A DNA stretch of 64,000 nucleotides from Marsupella aquatica. Taxonomy: Eukaryota; Plantae; Marchantiophyta. This document shows, piece after piece, positions 41,351 through 53,400 of the stretch (positions within the stretch are counted from its first letter, which is position 1; each line of letters opens with the position of its first letter). The stretch is taken from the NCBI GenBank assembly GCA_973895155.1, contig OZ316896.1, forward strand, positions 6,190,166 through 6,254,165, written 5' to 3'. The translations under genes were made by a program, and so were the position numbers. The notes beneath the pieces were generated by a model. It was not told the origin of the DNA and did no database searches. It was given only the letters and a program-made list of their open reading frames with translations.

Positions 41351-42403
41351 CCTACAAACACCCTCAAATTTGTTTCGTGTAGAGTAAAGCACCCTCAAAA
41401 TGACAAACTGTAGAGTACAGCGCTGTCAACTGGATGATGTAAACATCCGAGGCCTGCCCAAGATACAAAGCACTAGCGACAATGCTTTAGTGAGCCACAG
41501 GGTAAACTTCTTTCACAAAGGACAACAAGAAACATTGTCCAGGGTGTAATAGGAATTATTAAATGTAGCCCAGCAAACATATAACTAGAAAGTTCCGATT
41601 GTGGAGTGTAAGGCATGAAGCAGTGAATATTGTCCACAGAAGGGCGTGGAACACTCAGTATGTAGGAAAACCGAAGCATGAGGTGCCTCGAACACAATTC
41701 TTCACGTGGAAACTCTTAATTGCTTTCCAGCGATAGGTTACGGGATATAGATAACTAGCAGTATCTACAAAAGTATGAATCATACCTGCTCGAACATGGA
41801 GAGACAGAGAAAGGCCATTTCAATAAAAGACTTGGAGATGGTAGTTCTCTAAATAGAGGTACAACTGTTTTGCTAAGTTTATCCAGAATTAACGGAATAG
41901 ATTACATAATCCTGATCGGAAGTCAGGCCTCGCACGCGACCAACATGCGTACACGACACGGTGGAAGGACATAAATGTTGTAGAAAGAATTCAAATGTTG
42001 TCTGTTTGCTGTATCCGTAATGGTACAAAAGAGCAATTGCAGACCACTACTACAAGCTTTCAAGCAAGAATCAATGTCGACTTCGTCCATAGGCAGTTGA
42101 ACATTTATCCCTGTGATCGACAAATACCTTGCTTTTGAAGACCAGGCTTCAAAGGTAATTAGAAGAACCTGTAGGATCCTACAATTGCACGGGTCCTTAC
42201 TAGGGGAACTCGTTCATACGTACGAGGGACCCAAAGCTCAATCAAACAAGAAATTTTTTTTTCCATTTCAGTAACATCTGCTGCTCTGGGAACAGTTCTA
42301 TAATTCTTCGTCAATGATAACGTACAAATCTTCCGAAGAGTGTTGACAATCCACTCAAACAAGGATTTCTGAAATTGGCTCATATAGACCACGCAAAGTT
42401 CAC

Positions 42404-43998
42404 TCAAAACAGCAAGTCACACAGACAGCAGCAGCATAACGCCGCCAGGCTGCACACATCCAAACAACGAGTTAATAGCATTCTAACAGAGAATTTTCAG
42501 CACACATACCTGAGAATTGTTTATCCCAACCTGAAGCTGATGGGCCCGACGCGGAAGCAGTACACAAGAAACTATTTACAAACATCTTAGCGACTTTCAA
42601 TTAGGATTTCTACAAACAACCCTTCTGAGGCTTCGGAAGTCCACCAAGTCAGATCCGAATGAAAATCTACAAAGCAGACTTAGACTTCACCAGAATCTAT
42701 CCTCCTCGTCGAAACTAGCGTGTCGAGATACTCTGGTCGCCGTTCAAGATCAAAGGGAGCACAAACATACATCGTTCTATCAGAGGTCTCTCTAGGTGGG
42801 ACTCTCAACTACCGTCAAGCGAGGTCCGAAATAAACGAATTCGAGCACTTATCAGTCAAATCGAAAGGAAGCCCTCAGTACAACAACGTCCAAGTCACAA
42901 CGACAAACGGTTGGCTAGGAGTCCGGCCGAGCTCCTAAGCAGCAATGAACCGCAAATTAGGACTGAGGGAAACATCTCACTAGACACTCAGTTTTGGTTC
43001 ACTGCATCCGGAGCACCTGGAAAGGGCTTCCGCTAGACCAAGGAGAAATTACTCACCATCCTTCAACAAGTGAAGGCCCACCGCGCTGCTGCTGTTGCTG
43101 ATATTGTGGTTGAGGGGCGTACATGCCCTGTTGAGGAGGATAACCTTGCTGAGGATAACCTTGCTGAGGAGGACCCTGCTGATGATAACCCTGAGGAGGG
43201 TAGCCCTGGGGAGGATATTCCTGTGAAGGATAACCCTGAGGAGGGTAACCTTGTGGAGGATATCCACCACCTGCAGTGGCAACAAGAGAAATCTCATTAG
43301 TAAAACTTATTGGACCACATACTACGATTCGCAAGATCAACGGGAGAATTATTCCGCGTGCCTTCAGGAAACAATCGTCTACTTGCTTAGTTGCGCACGG
43401 GTAACAGGACTCGGGAGGCGTAGCACTAGAAAGTTTTCCACACGGCAAGAGAGGTGCAGATCCACGAAGCCCATCGCTCGGTCGCAAATCAGGAAATGAC
43501 ATAGAGAATGTAAGGTCGCTGGCAGTGTATCCAAGCGCACTAGATACCTACGGGCTATCTTCTTCAGGACCACAACGGATCTTCGTAATGATCACAACTC
43601 CTCAACATTGCTTCAAATATAAAAAGTCACGGATGATGCCCTCACGATCTAACTAACTCCAACTTAACAGATGGAGAAGCCAACGGCGGCTAAGAGGGTG
43701 AAACGTAAACAGGGCTGTCGTCTGTTCCGTCATCGACAAATCCCCCTCTAGAATAACCACCACTATGAGAATCAAGTCAATTTTAAAAAAGAGGGTTGAC
43801 CACATTGTTTTCCGTAGCCTAGCGTAGGTCTTAGAAAGAAAGCATCTAAAAACATTTTAGTTCTCCATTACTCTCGAGTAGACAGAACAGCTGCAAAAGT
43901 TGGAGTCTAAGTCTAAATGAACATCGACCAAACTCACCTCCATAGCCTTGCGGAGGCGGAACTCCAACGGGCGGCTTGCCGTCACCGTAGGAACCCAT
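42404..43998 (-). CDS. CYSTM-family small protein (Pro/Gln/Gly/Tyr repeats plus Cys-rich tail anchor), 106 aa
   Basis: Exons 43998-43938, 43270-43057 and 42449-42404, with phases 1 and 2 consistent. Protein: MGSYGDGKPPVGVPPPQGYGGGGYPPQGYPPQGY...GPSLVEGCLAALCCCCLCDLLF*. Confidence 0.93.
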
Positions 43999-44289
43999 GT
44001 CTTCGACTCCTTCTCCCTCTCTTTTCCTTGTCTATGTTCTGTTTTGCTCAATTCTGTACTCAGAAAGTTCGTTCGCCACCAACTGCTGCGGTCCTGCAAA
44101 ATCAGTCGAGACGGGCACAACACAGATCCGACGCCGGCACTCTCCTACTCTTGCCTCGCTTGCATTGAGGAAATGCTACGATGCCAGTAATGGGAGACCA
44201 AATGAACCAGACGACCAAAGAAATAAAATAATACAATGCTGCGTCGCTTCGGCCGATCTCTCCGCACTTCGCTTGTCCCTCCTGCGGCG

Positions 44290-44381
44290 TTACGGTACGA
44301 GCTTCCCTTCAGTGGGAGGGAGGCAACGTAAATCCTACGGTACGAGCTTCCCTTCAGTGGGAGGGAGGCAACGTAAATCCT
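44290..44381. repeat. 45-bp tandem duplication upstream of the CYSTM gene
   Basis: TACGGTACGAGCTTCCCTTCAGTGGGAGGGAGGCAACGTAAATCC, two copies. Confidence 0.9.
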
Positions 44382-44958
44382 GTGAGGAGAAGAGGTTACC
44401 CATGTGTAACCATTTGTACAGGGCCTGCTATGGTCATAATCTGGTGTTCTGAAAAGTTGACTCGATAACCTCTTTCCGGGCATGAGGAATTAAGTAAGCT
44501 AATGCAGGGCAGAGCTGGGATTATAGGCTGTAACCTGCTCCCGGAATATTCAAAGAAGCTTCCCGGCTGCCGCCGATCAGTTTCTTTTCATATTCCGAAC
44601 GCAAGGTTACAGCCTAGTAACCCTGCGCCCAGACCTGCATTACCCTATACAAAATGGACAGCGGGCGGCCGAGCCGGACCGGGCCACAACACGCACCGCC
44701 CATTTTGCGAAGCAGCGATAACAAAGGGGAACTCTAATTATATCTAACAACCGAGCTATACCAGGCCCTTTGGTCGACCAAAGGGAGTTTGGTCACATTA
44801 GGCTGAACTTAAAAGAGCAAGTATTAAATACATTTAATTTAAGACAAACAAAGTGAATAAAAATAAAAGAATGAAGTAACCACAAAAGACAAAGCATTAA
44901 ATGTTCTTCTCATCTCTTTTCCTCTGCCATCATGATCTGGCCTGAATACAAATACTGT

Positions 44959-45194
44959 ACACAATACATTGGATTTTGTTTTGGTTTGTTTCGAACAAGA
45001 AAAATTGTATAGAAGTCTAGTATTGTAGTCCATTCTATTGGTATGCATTGCACAACAAAAGTATCTTGGGGGACCAAAAACACAATACATTGGATTTTGT
45101 TTTGGTTTGTTTCCAACAAGAGAAATTGTATAGAAGTCTAGTATTGTAGTCCATTCTATTGGTATGTATTGCACAACAAAAGTATCTTGGGGGA
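44959..45194. repeat. ~121-bp tandem duplication
   Basis: ACACAATACATTGGATTTTG...GTATCTTGGGGGAC, two copies with few substitutions. Confidence 0.9.
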
Positions 45195-46757
45195 CTTTTT
45201 TGGTCCCCCTTCACATAAACTATATTCCTGTCCAGGTTTTACACATTCTGTTCCTGATCTCTAAACTAAATTCCGTCCCCATTTGACACTTTGTGTTCTT
45301 TGTTGGCAATGTGATATATAACATTTAGACAGATGCCACATATCTTACTAATAAATAGTGAACAAAAGCTAGAGTTGGGGACCAGGGTTAGAGAATGAAG
45401 ACTCTAGACCGTGACTCTTGGGCCCCACCAATATTTCTAGATGGAAAGAACTATGGGATGTATGTATGTCAAAATGAATCATCATTACTATTAACATTCT
45501 AAAAATGGGCATTCAGGCTCTTAAATTCCAGATATTGGTTTAAAAGCCTTCAAAAACAAGGACAGAGCAAAAGCCACGCAGGGCCCAGGAGCACAAAACA
45601 CCCCAAAAGCTAGGGGGAAGGAAATGGAGGGCCTGCGCTTCCGTCGCACCCACAAACCAAGGACACCTAGTCAGGCCATGAGACCTTTTTACTCACCACA
45701 AAGTGGCAACCAGATGTGGGTAAACTATCCAAGTAGGTCACCCTGACTATAGTGCAACAGATATCTACATTTTTTCCTTTCAAAATATGACTTTTGTCTA
45801 TTACTTGTTGAGGTTATGATCTCACATGTGCCAAGTATGGGTCTGCTGCACTAAAATTACCCAAGCATAAGTTTTTGACTGAACATAGTCAAACATGAAT
45901 CAGATGCTAAAATTATCTGAGTTTTTTAGCATCTGAGTTGTCATGCATGTATGGGTCCATTGCTAAGCATTTGCCTAGCATGCGTCCGCTGCTACCATCT
46001 TCCCCCGAACACAGTGCCGTGCCTTGTATTTAAATAGCGCGCCCGGGTGTTGTATGTGAGTTCTGACTGTGTTTTCATTTTATGTTCGAATATTGGCTTT
46101 GTGTTTGAGTGTTGACATTGTCACATGATTCATGGATTTATTACCGTGTGTGCTCACTATAGATAGTTTAGGGTCCAAACTCAAACACAACTTCCAACTT
46201 GAACACAACGCCAATATACAAACACAATGCTTGGGCATTAGATGTTGTGTTAGAGTTCAAATGTGTTTTTTGTCACATGACCCAAAAAATTCAATTTTCA
46301 AACACAACGCCCTGGCGCTGTGTTCAAGGGAAAACAGTAGAATTAGCTAAGCAATAGACACTGAGCATGTGTCCTTTGACTGCTAACATTAGCTAAGCAG
46401 GGGTCTGTTTCTAAAATCAGTTTTATTCATTGAAATTTTGAACCATGATTTGTTTGCACAACATGTGCACTAATTAATTGGTTGAAAGTTGAGCTAGTAC
46501 CTAACCACTGAGCCAAGGTTGAACGTTTTGATGAGATAGATCTATTTGGACCGTCTTATCTGTCCTAACCGATCCCCTTATAGGACTAGCCCAATGTATG
46601 TGCATTGCACAAAAATGTAAAGGTGAGTTAAAGAAATACAAACGAGGCAAGGAAATTCTTGAGGCATCTTATGTGTGTTTGTGGCCATGTTGTGATCACA
46701 GTCATGTGGTCAATGCCACCAAGTGGTCGTCTAAGACATGTTGTGGTCGGAGCCATA

Positions 46758-47090
46758 TGTTGGGAAAACCGTCACGAAACAACCACGAGCACAACTAGCA
46801 AGCATGCACACACCGACACCAAGAGATACGTGGTTCACCTTAATTTATAAAGTGTATGTCCATGAAAATACACAAGAGCGTTACTAAGCTTTGGCCACCA
46901 TGACCACACAAAGCCTCCTTGCACAAGCTTTCTCCGAATTGTCGCCACCCAAGCTTTGCTTCAATACCAACTGTTGGGAAAACCATCATGAAACAACCAC
47001 GAGCACAACCAGAAAGCATGCACACACTGACACCAAGAGATATGTGGTTCACCGTCATCAAGACTATGTCCATGGGAACACACAAGAGCT
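46758..47090 (+). mobile_element. Two tandem short LTR-like units (first ~214 bp, second truncated)
   Basis: TGTTGGGAAAACC at 46758 and 46972, each with a GAGATA(C/T)GTGGTTCACC core shared with the 28.7-kb LTR-like copy. Confidence 0.6.
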
Positions 47091-48974
47091 ATCATTGAGG
47101 GTGTTGCTGAAGTTGGAGTCTCATTTTGTTGGGTGGTTGTTGCTCTAAAAATCTAATCATTTGGTTAGTGTTGTTGTGAAAGAGTTGTTGTTGGGAGGGA
47201 AAGGACGCAATGATGAGAGATAGGTGTTGACGGCCAGGGCATTGCTGAATCTAAGCACAGTACGTTGCACAACACATGGGGATATTTCTCAATTTTTTTT
47301 GCTTTGGCTTTGGCTTTGTTTTTCTTTTTCCTTTTTAAATAGCGGGCAGGCTTGAGGCAAACTGTATGTGGATTGATCTGATGGTGCCAAAAACTCTTTT
47401 CTTGCTGACAACCAAGACTTGTTCTTGCAAGCCTTTTCAAATTTTGTAAGTAAACAACGTATATATTCTAGAGACGAGAAGAAGGGAGTGTTACACAATT
47501 GTTGTGGTGGCTGTGTCATCATAGCTAATACCTAGAAAGAAACTTCTAGATTGTAACTACTTGAGGGCATGATTCTTATTGTCTAGAGTGAAGACTCTAG
47601 ACCATGACTATATTTGAGGGTATAGTTGAAAGTGAGGGTGCAAACAAAAAATGGGATTAGGACAAAGATGAGCAAAAAATAGCATGGAATCCCTTTTCTT
47701 GGAAGGTTTTTCTCTGATCAGGCTTATTTATTTATGTTCAAGGAACAAGTAATCCGGCTAGTCACTGCAATGCCCAATTTCAAAAATGTCAGAGCTCTCA
47801 AGAGACAGAAAATATACTTAGAGCTTTGACTCTCTTTGAATCAGCAGAGAGAACCTAAATGAGGGTGTAGAAGGAAACCTGGTCCTTCATGGGCATTTTC
47901 CTTTGGAATTCACTTGATTGGGTGCTAAAGATATCAAACAATTATGGTTTCCCAAGCATTTATACTAGGGGAACACCCAATGAACACTTCATCAAGTGAG
48001 TTTGGAAAGGAGAGCACCCCATCAAAGAATAAAGTTTGGCTTGCTTGTAGGATTCCCTTGCTAGACCCTGGTATGCAGTTCACACCAGAGATCCACCAGG
48101 CTCTTCAGTTTGCCCATAGGTTGGCTTTGGGGTTGGGTTTTTAGGGTCCACAATTGTTCTTTTGTTTGTCTTTTCCCTAACCTGTTTTGGCCATTTGGTT
48201 GTCCCCCTTGATTGGGTCTTTTTCCTGTGAGGGATCATGTCTCCTGGTTGGATGCCCTTTGTTTGTTGGCAATATACTTGCTTTGGACCGCTCATCAAAT
48301 ACTTTGGAGATCAGCAATCGCATCTAGAGCCTATCAACTCATTGTTGAAAAAGCAAAAATGACAATAAATCGTTAGGTAATGGCGCCTAATCAAATTATT
48401 TGGAATTCCAAAATTCAAGAAATGATTACGGACCCCCATGAGAGGTCCTTGGCAAATTCCCTGCCATGAGGTTGCGCCACATCAGCACAACTAGCCACAA
48501 ACAGGAAAGATCTTATTTTTGACAGTAACAAAAGCGCACATTCATGTTTGTGGAAAAAGCAATGTAATTTTGGGGGCGCCATGCCATAAGTATGAGGCAA
48601 AAAAACCAGAATACAAAGGAAAAGATGTCATATAGTAAAATAAAGTTACCATTCTGATGTTTGACAATTATATATCAGTGTTTTATATCAAAATGTTTGT
48701 ATTTTTTAATTGTTTGCAAGTTTGAAAAAACCAATTGACAGAAATGTACATAGTTAGAACCCCTTTGACTCCACATTATAAAACTAAATAATCAATCTCC
48801 TTAGTACTTGATGAAATCTATCAATGTTTGATTCACTAGAAAGTCAAGATCAAGATTTAAAAACTCATGACCTCTTTATAAAATATCTCAATGTTGTTGA
48901 AACACCACAACATGGAAATGACCAATCTTCTCATTCATGGGGAAAGACTTTATACAAGAGGTAGTTACTAAGGA

Positions 48975-49224
48975 TGTTAGTGTAACTACCTAGAGGTGGA
49001 GGTTTAACCTTGGTTAAGGGTAGACTAGCTTAACCTTGGGTTGTAACACTCCCCCTTGGGTGCACCATGGAAACATGTTATGGTGCAACCAACAAGTCTA
49101 CTATATATGAAGTGAAAGTGTTGTATTTCTAAGATATGGCCTATTGGAAATGAGAAGAAATGGGGGGGGATGTAACCTCATTAAAACCTCCCCTACTTTC
49201 TTTTGGGAGGAAAGAGTGTTACCA
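48975..49224 (-). mobile_element. Possible LTR of a degenerate retroelement into which the CACTA inserted
   Basis: The minus strand reads purine-rich AATAAGGCGGGA, then TGGTAACAC...TTACACTAACA. No partner LTR found. Confidence 0.3.
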
Positions 49225-50480
49225 TCCCGCCTTATTCAAAATGTAATGTAATGTGATGTAGTGTTAAGTGTAAGCAGTGTCAACTAGTGTGACCTAAATT
49301 ACTCGGTTGAATGAGGTCGTTCGTAAGGTTAGTCACATTCGATGAAGGAAGTGTCGAAGAAGAAGGAGCAGTAGTTGTTGCGAGGGAAAAAGGAACTTTG
49401 TGAGGTTCATCGATTAGGGAAAAGCGGACTAGGGGAGCAAAGGTTGAGTGGAGGATCTGCGTCAAAGATCGATGGGCGCAGTGTGGGATTGTTGTGTAAC
49501 CATATACTCGGGTCCAGTAATATTTCCATTCGCGCCCCTATGGATGTTTGTATGAACTGGTGACTCTGCATCTGCGTACACTACAACATATTTTGCCCTT
49601 TTGCGAAGCTCATTTGAGTCCAAACACACGTTTGCGATTCCAGATGCTTCAAACCGTTGATGACTCAATACGCATCGCAATTTGCGATACTTGTGGTATC
49701 GCAACTTTGGTCTTCCATGCGATTTGCATCGCAAACATTTTGCGAACTTTATTGTATCACAATAGTTTGCGAAACTACAGAGATTACAAAACACATTACG
49801 AAGGCTCCGCGACCGCTCCGAAAGTCCGAAACCACGGTAACATTAATGATGCAAAACAATTAGTATTGGAGGATGTTTGCGAAAAGGTTAGCTTCAAACA
49901 ATTTGCGATGGGTTTGTATGGCAAATGTGCGAAACGATGTGGATGGTAAAGGTGGGATGGTCTGGATATCGCAAAATAGTGAAGCGTATAGTATGGAATA
50001 ATTGAGAAACGGTTTAAATGGCAGAATTGCGATTTGGTTGGGATTTGTTTAGTTTCGCAAATAGTTCGCAAACGTTTATGTTAGACTTGTGTGTGCATCT
50101 AGGTTAGAGTTTGAATGGGGGAGGAGGAGGGAGGGAGGTGAAAGGTGAAAGAGGGAGGAAGGGAGTTGGAAGGTGGATGAGGGACGGAGAAAGAAGGGAG
50201 TCCAAAGAGGGTTTACTAAAAATAGGAGAGACTTTAGCGAAGAGGGAGGGAGGAGAAAAAGCTATGGAGTTTTTGGAAGAGGAAGGAGAGTTTGGGTTCA
50301 AAGAGCCCGGAGGAGGGATAAGGGAGGGAGTACCCATGTCACTTATATGCATGACCTCTTTTGAAAGTAGGAGTCCAAAATGAAAATACCTACCACACTA
50401 ATGGTGTATGAAATATTAATTAAGAAACAACATGAACAATCCATGATATAGATTTTGGTTTAAATATCCATAAGTGTCTC

Positions 50481-53400
50481 TCACACTTGGTCACCTTCAA
50501 TGTCCTCTACATCTGACACAAAAATAGTGTCTGGCTTGTCTGAAACAATGGAACGAGACCGTGGCACATATGTGATGACAAGTGACCACTCTGGGTCTAA
50601 GGGGTATGGAACGTAGAAACATTGCTCCAAGTGAGATGGGAAAGTAAATGGCTCTGACGTTTGCCAATGAGATGCTTGAAAACTAGTGGCACTTGTCCTC
50701 AACCGTGTAAACCCACTCTCATCTTGGAGTACAGTGCGATTATTACCAACAAGGTTCACTTTGAACCACTTGCACTTGAAGACATACTCCTCAAACTTAG
50801 ATTGGTTGTCATATGAGACCACCAAAATCTCCTCTATCTTCCCATAGTGTGGCACAACATCACGAACAATGTTCCTGTCATGTCGGCTACTCCGGGAGTC
50901 CTGACAAAACTGCCCTTGAACTCCACAATCAAAAGTACGAGCCCTCTTCTCATCAAGGGAAGAAATCCTGAAATTAACAAGACCCATATATTGTTACTAC
51001 TACACAAAAAACACTAATCATGTTATGAGGAACCTTTCATACCAAAAGAGAAAAACACACTTATCTTAAGTAAAATGATTACTATATCTTAAGTAGTAGT
51101 ACATGAATATGGAAAACAAGGTTATGAACTAGTGAAACCTGAAGTGTCTCCCTTGGGTCCACATGGCCGTCTTGGATGTTACCACTCTCAAAGGGCCATG
51201 AACAATGGTCCGAATGTCATTTGTCATAGTAGGAAACTGTGAGACATCTCCTCCTTGTGCCAAAATGCCATCCAACTCAACCAACTTTTCCTTCATAAAC
51301 TCATGCAACTTAGGAAAAATCCTTGCCCTTTGACTCATTCTTTTGGCATTGTCATAAAACTCCCTCCATTCATCCATGACATTGTTATTACTCAACATGA
51401 ATGTATTCAACTGTGTCCACTCTGTTGATGTAAGCATGCGTGTTTTTGTTGCTCCTGTTAAACGGTCCTCCTCCTCTTGCCTCTCCTCCATCCAAGTACG
51501 TGGTAAAGTCCGATCAATGGTGGCCAAGATGTTACTACAATAAAACATGCTCTCTACAGCCAAGTATCCTGTAGCTATGCTTCCCTCCACTCGTGCACAG
51601 TTACGTACATAAGCCTTCAAGACTGACATGTAACGCTCAAGCCAGTACATCCATCGACAATGAACTGGACCAGCAATGGCAACCTCCCTCACAAGATGCA
51701 CAAGTAAATGAACCTGACAATCAAAGAAGGAAGGAGGGAGGGCCTTCTCCAACTTGCAAACCACCTCAGCAGCCAATACCTCCATTCCAGGAATCTCTTC
51801 CACATATATCTCCTTTGAGCATATCCATCTCAACAAACGACCCAATGACCAAATGGCATCTTGCACTTCTTTGGTCCCCAACCCTATAATTGCCACTGGC
51901 AATATATGCTGCAATAAGCGGTGATAGTCATGTGTCTTGAGATACCGTGGCCATTTGTGATTGTCCTCCATCCCAAAAGCTTTCCTCAAATTGGCACCAT
52001 AGCCTATAGGAAACCGCATCTCCCCTATACGATTCCAGAATTCACGTCTTTGGCCAACACTAAGCACCCAAGGAGCAGAAGGATGATGTTCCAAACCTGT
52101 GGCAGGATCAACTTGTACCCATACATCTGGATGCATTTCCAACTCTTCACATGCCTCCCTGAAGTTAGTGTCCTTCTCCCCATAAAAATGAGCTATCAAC
52201 GCCTTCCCCACATTTCCCTCTATGTGCATGGGGTCTAAAAGATGGCGGATCTTCAACTCTGACCAATAGGGCAAACTGGCTAGTATACTCCACCTCGTCA
52301 ACCCAATACCATCAAAGGTGAGGGGATCATCAGGGTCTGCCACCCTATCAGCTAGTGACTTCCAATGCCCAAAAGTTGTTGGTTCCGGAATTTCCCGCAT
52401 ATCACCAAGGGGCATGTCAAAGGAGGAAAATAAAAGTGGGTCAGACCTCATCTCATGCCCCATCGGAAGAAACTTTGTATGCCCAATGTAAACAATCTTC
52501 CTAAGCCATGGGGACCAAATTGCCATATCTTGCAATTGTGGACCACAGGTGGAGCAAGCTTTGTACCCCTGAGTTTGCAATCCAGAGACAAAGCCAAACC
52601 CTAGTTACACCAAAAATAAAACCAGACTAAATGTTAGGGTTGTCACATGACAAACAAGTATATTAAAGAGCATATCAAAGAAGGGTGGCATATGGTCAAA
52701 AAGTCATCTTACCAGGATAGTCATGCATTGTCCAACAAACTACCCCTCTCAGTTTAAATACACGTGGAATGCCTCCTGTATTTTTCCTGCCATCATATGC
52801 CCACACTCCACCCCACAGTTTTTGGAGTTCTCCAATCAATAGTGCCAAAATAAGTGTCAAAGTTCTTCACCTTTTTTGGACCTGGAATAATCAAAGACAG
52901 CAAGAGGAACCCCTTCTTCATGGATAGCCATGGTGGAAGGTTGTAATTCATCACAACCACAAGCCAAACTGATGTAGGTCTTCCCTTGCCTCCAAGGGCA
53001 TGAGGACTAACCCCATCAGATGCCAATCCCAACCTCACATGACGAGGATCATGTGCAAAGTCTGGCCATGTTTCCTCAATATGTTTGACTACAGGAGAGT
53101 CAATTGGCAACCGCATAACACCAGGCTCTGATCGATGAGTCTTATGCCATACCATCAACTCTGCCAAATCAGAACACCTGTACATGTGCAACAACCGAGG
53201 AATGATGGGAAACCAACGAACAGCTTTTCTTGGCACCTTCTTTGTAATCATGTTGGGGTCATACCGTGGCTCATGACATTCAGTACACTGTGTCTTCTTC
53301 TCATCGGCCCCATGAAATAACATGCAATCATTCACACATGCATGAATGATATGATATTCCATGCCAATTGATGAGAGAACACGCTTGGCCTCCTTCCAAG

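Noticed and set aside
43271-43502. N-terminal part of the 149-aa ORF 43053-43502
   Set aside because: Intronic; the CYSTM start is the spliced exon 43998-43938, which carries the typical PPVGVPPPQGY.
44290-45194. Direct repeats considered as a CRISPR-like array
   Set aside because: Only two abutting copies each, no unique spacers, no cas genes, and a eukaryotic context.
46020-46330. Weak fold-back, possible MITE
   Set aside because: The arms are too diverged to define TIR ends or a TSD by eye.
50104-50383. Glu/Gly/Arg-rich and Pro/Ser-rich ORFs
   Set aside because: Low-complexity GA-rich tract in the CACTA subterminal region.
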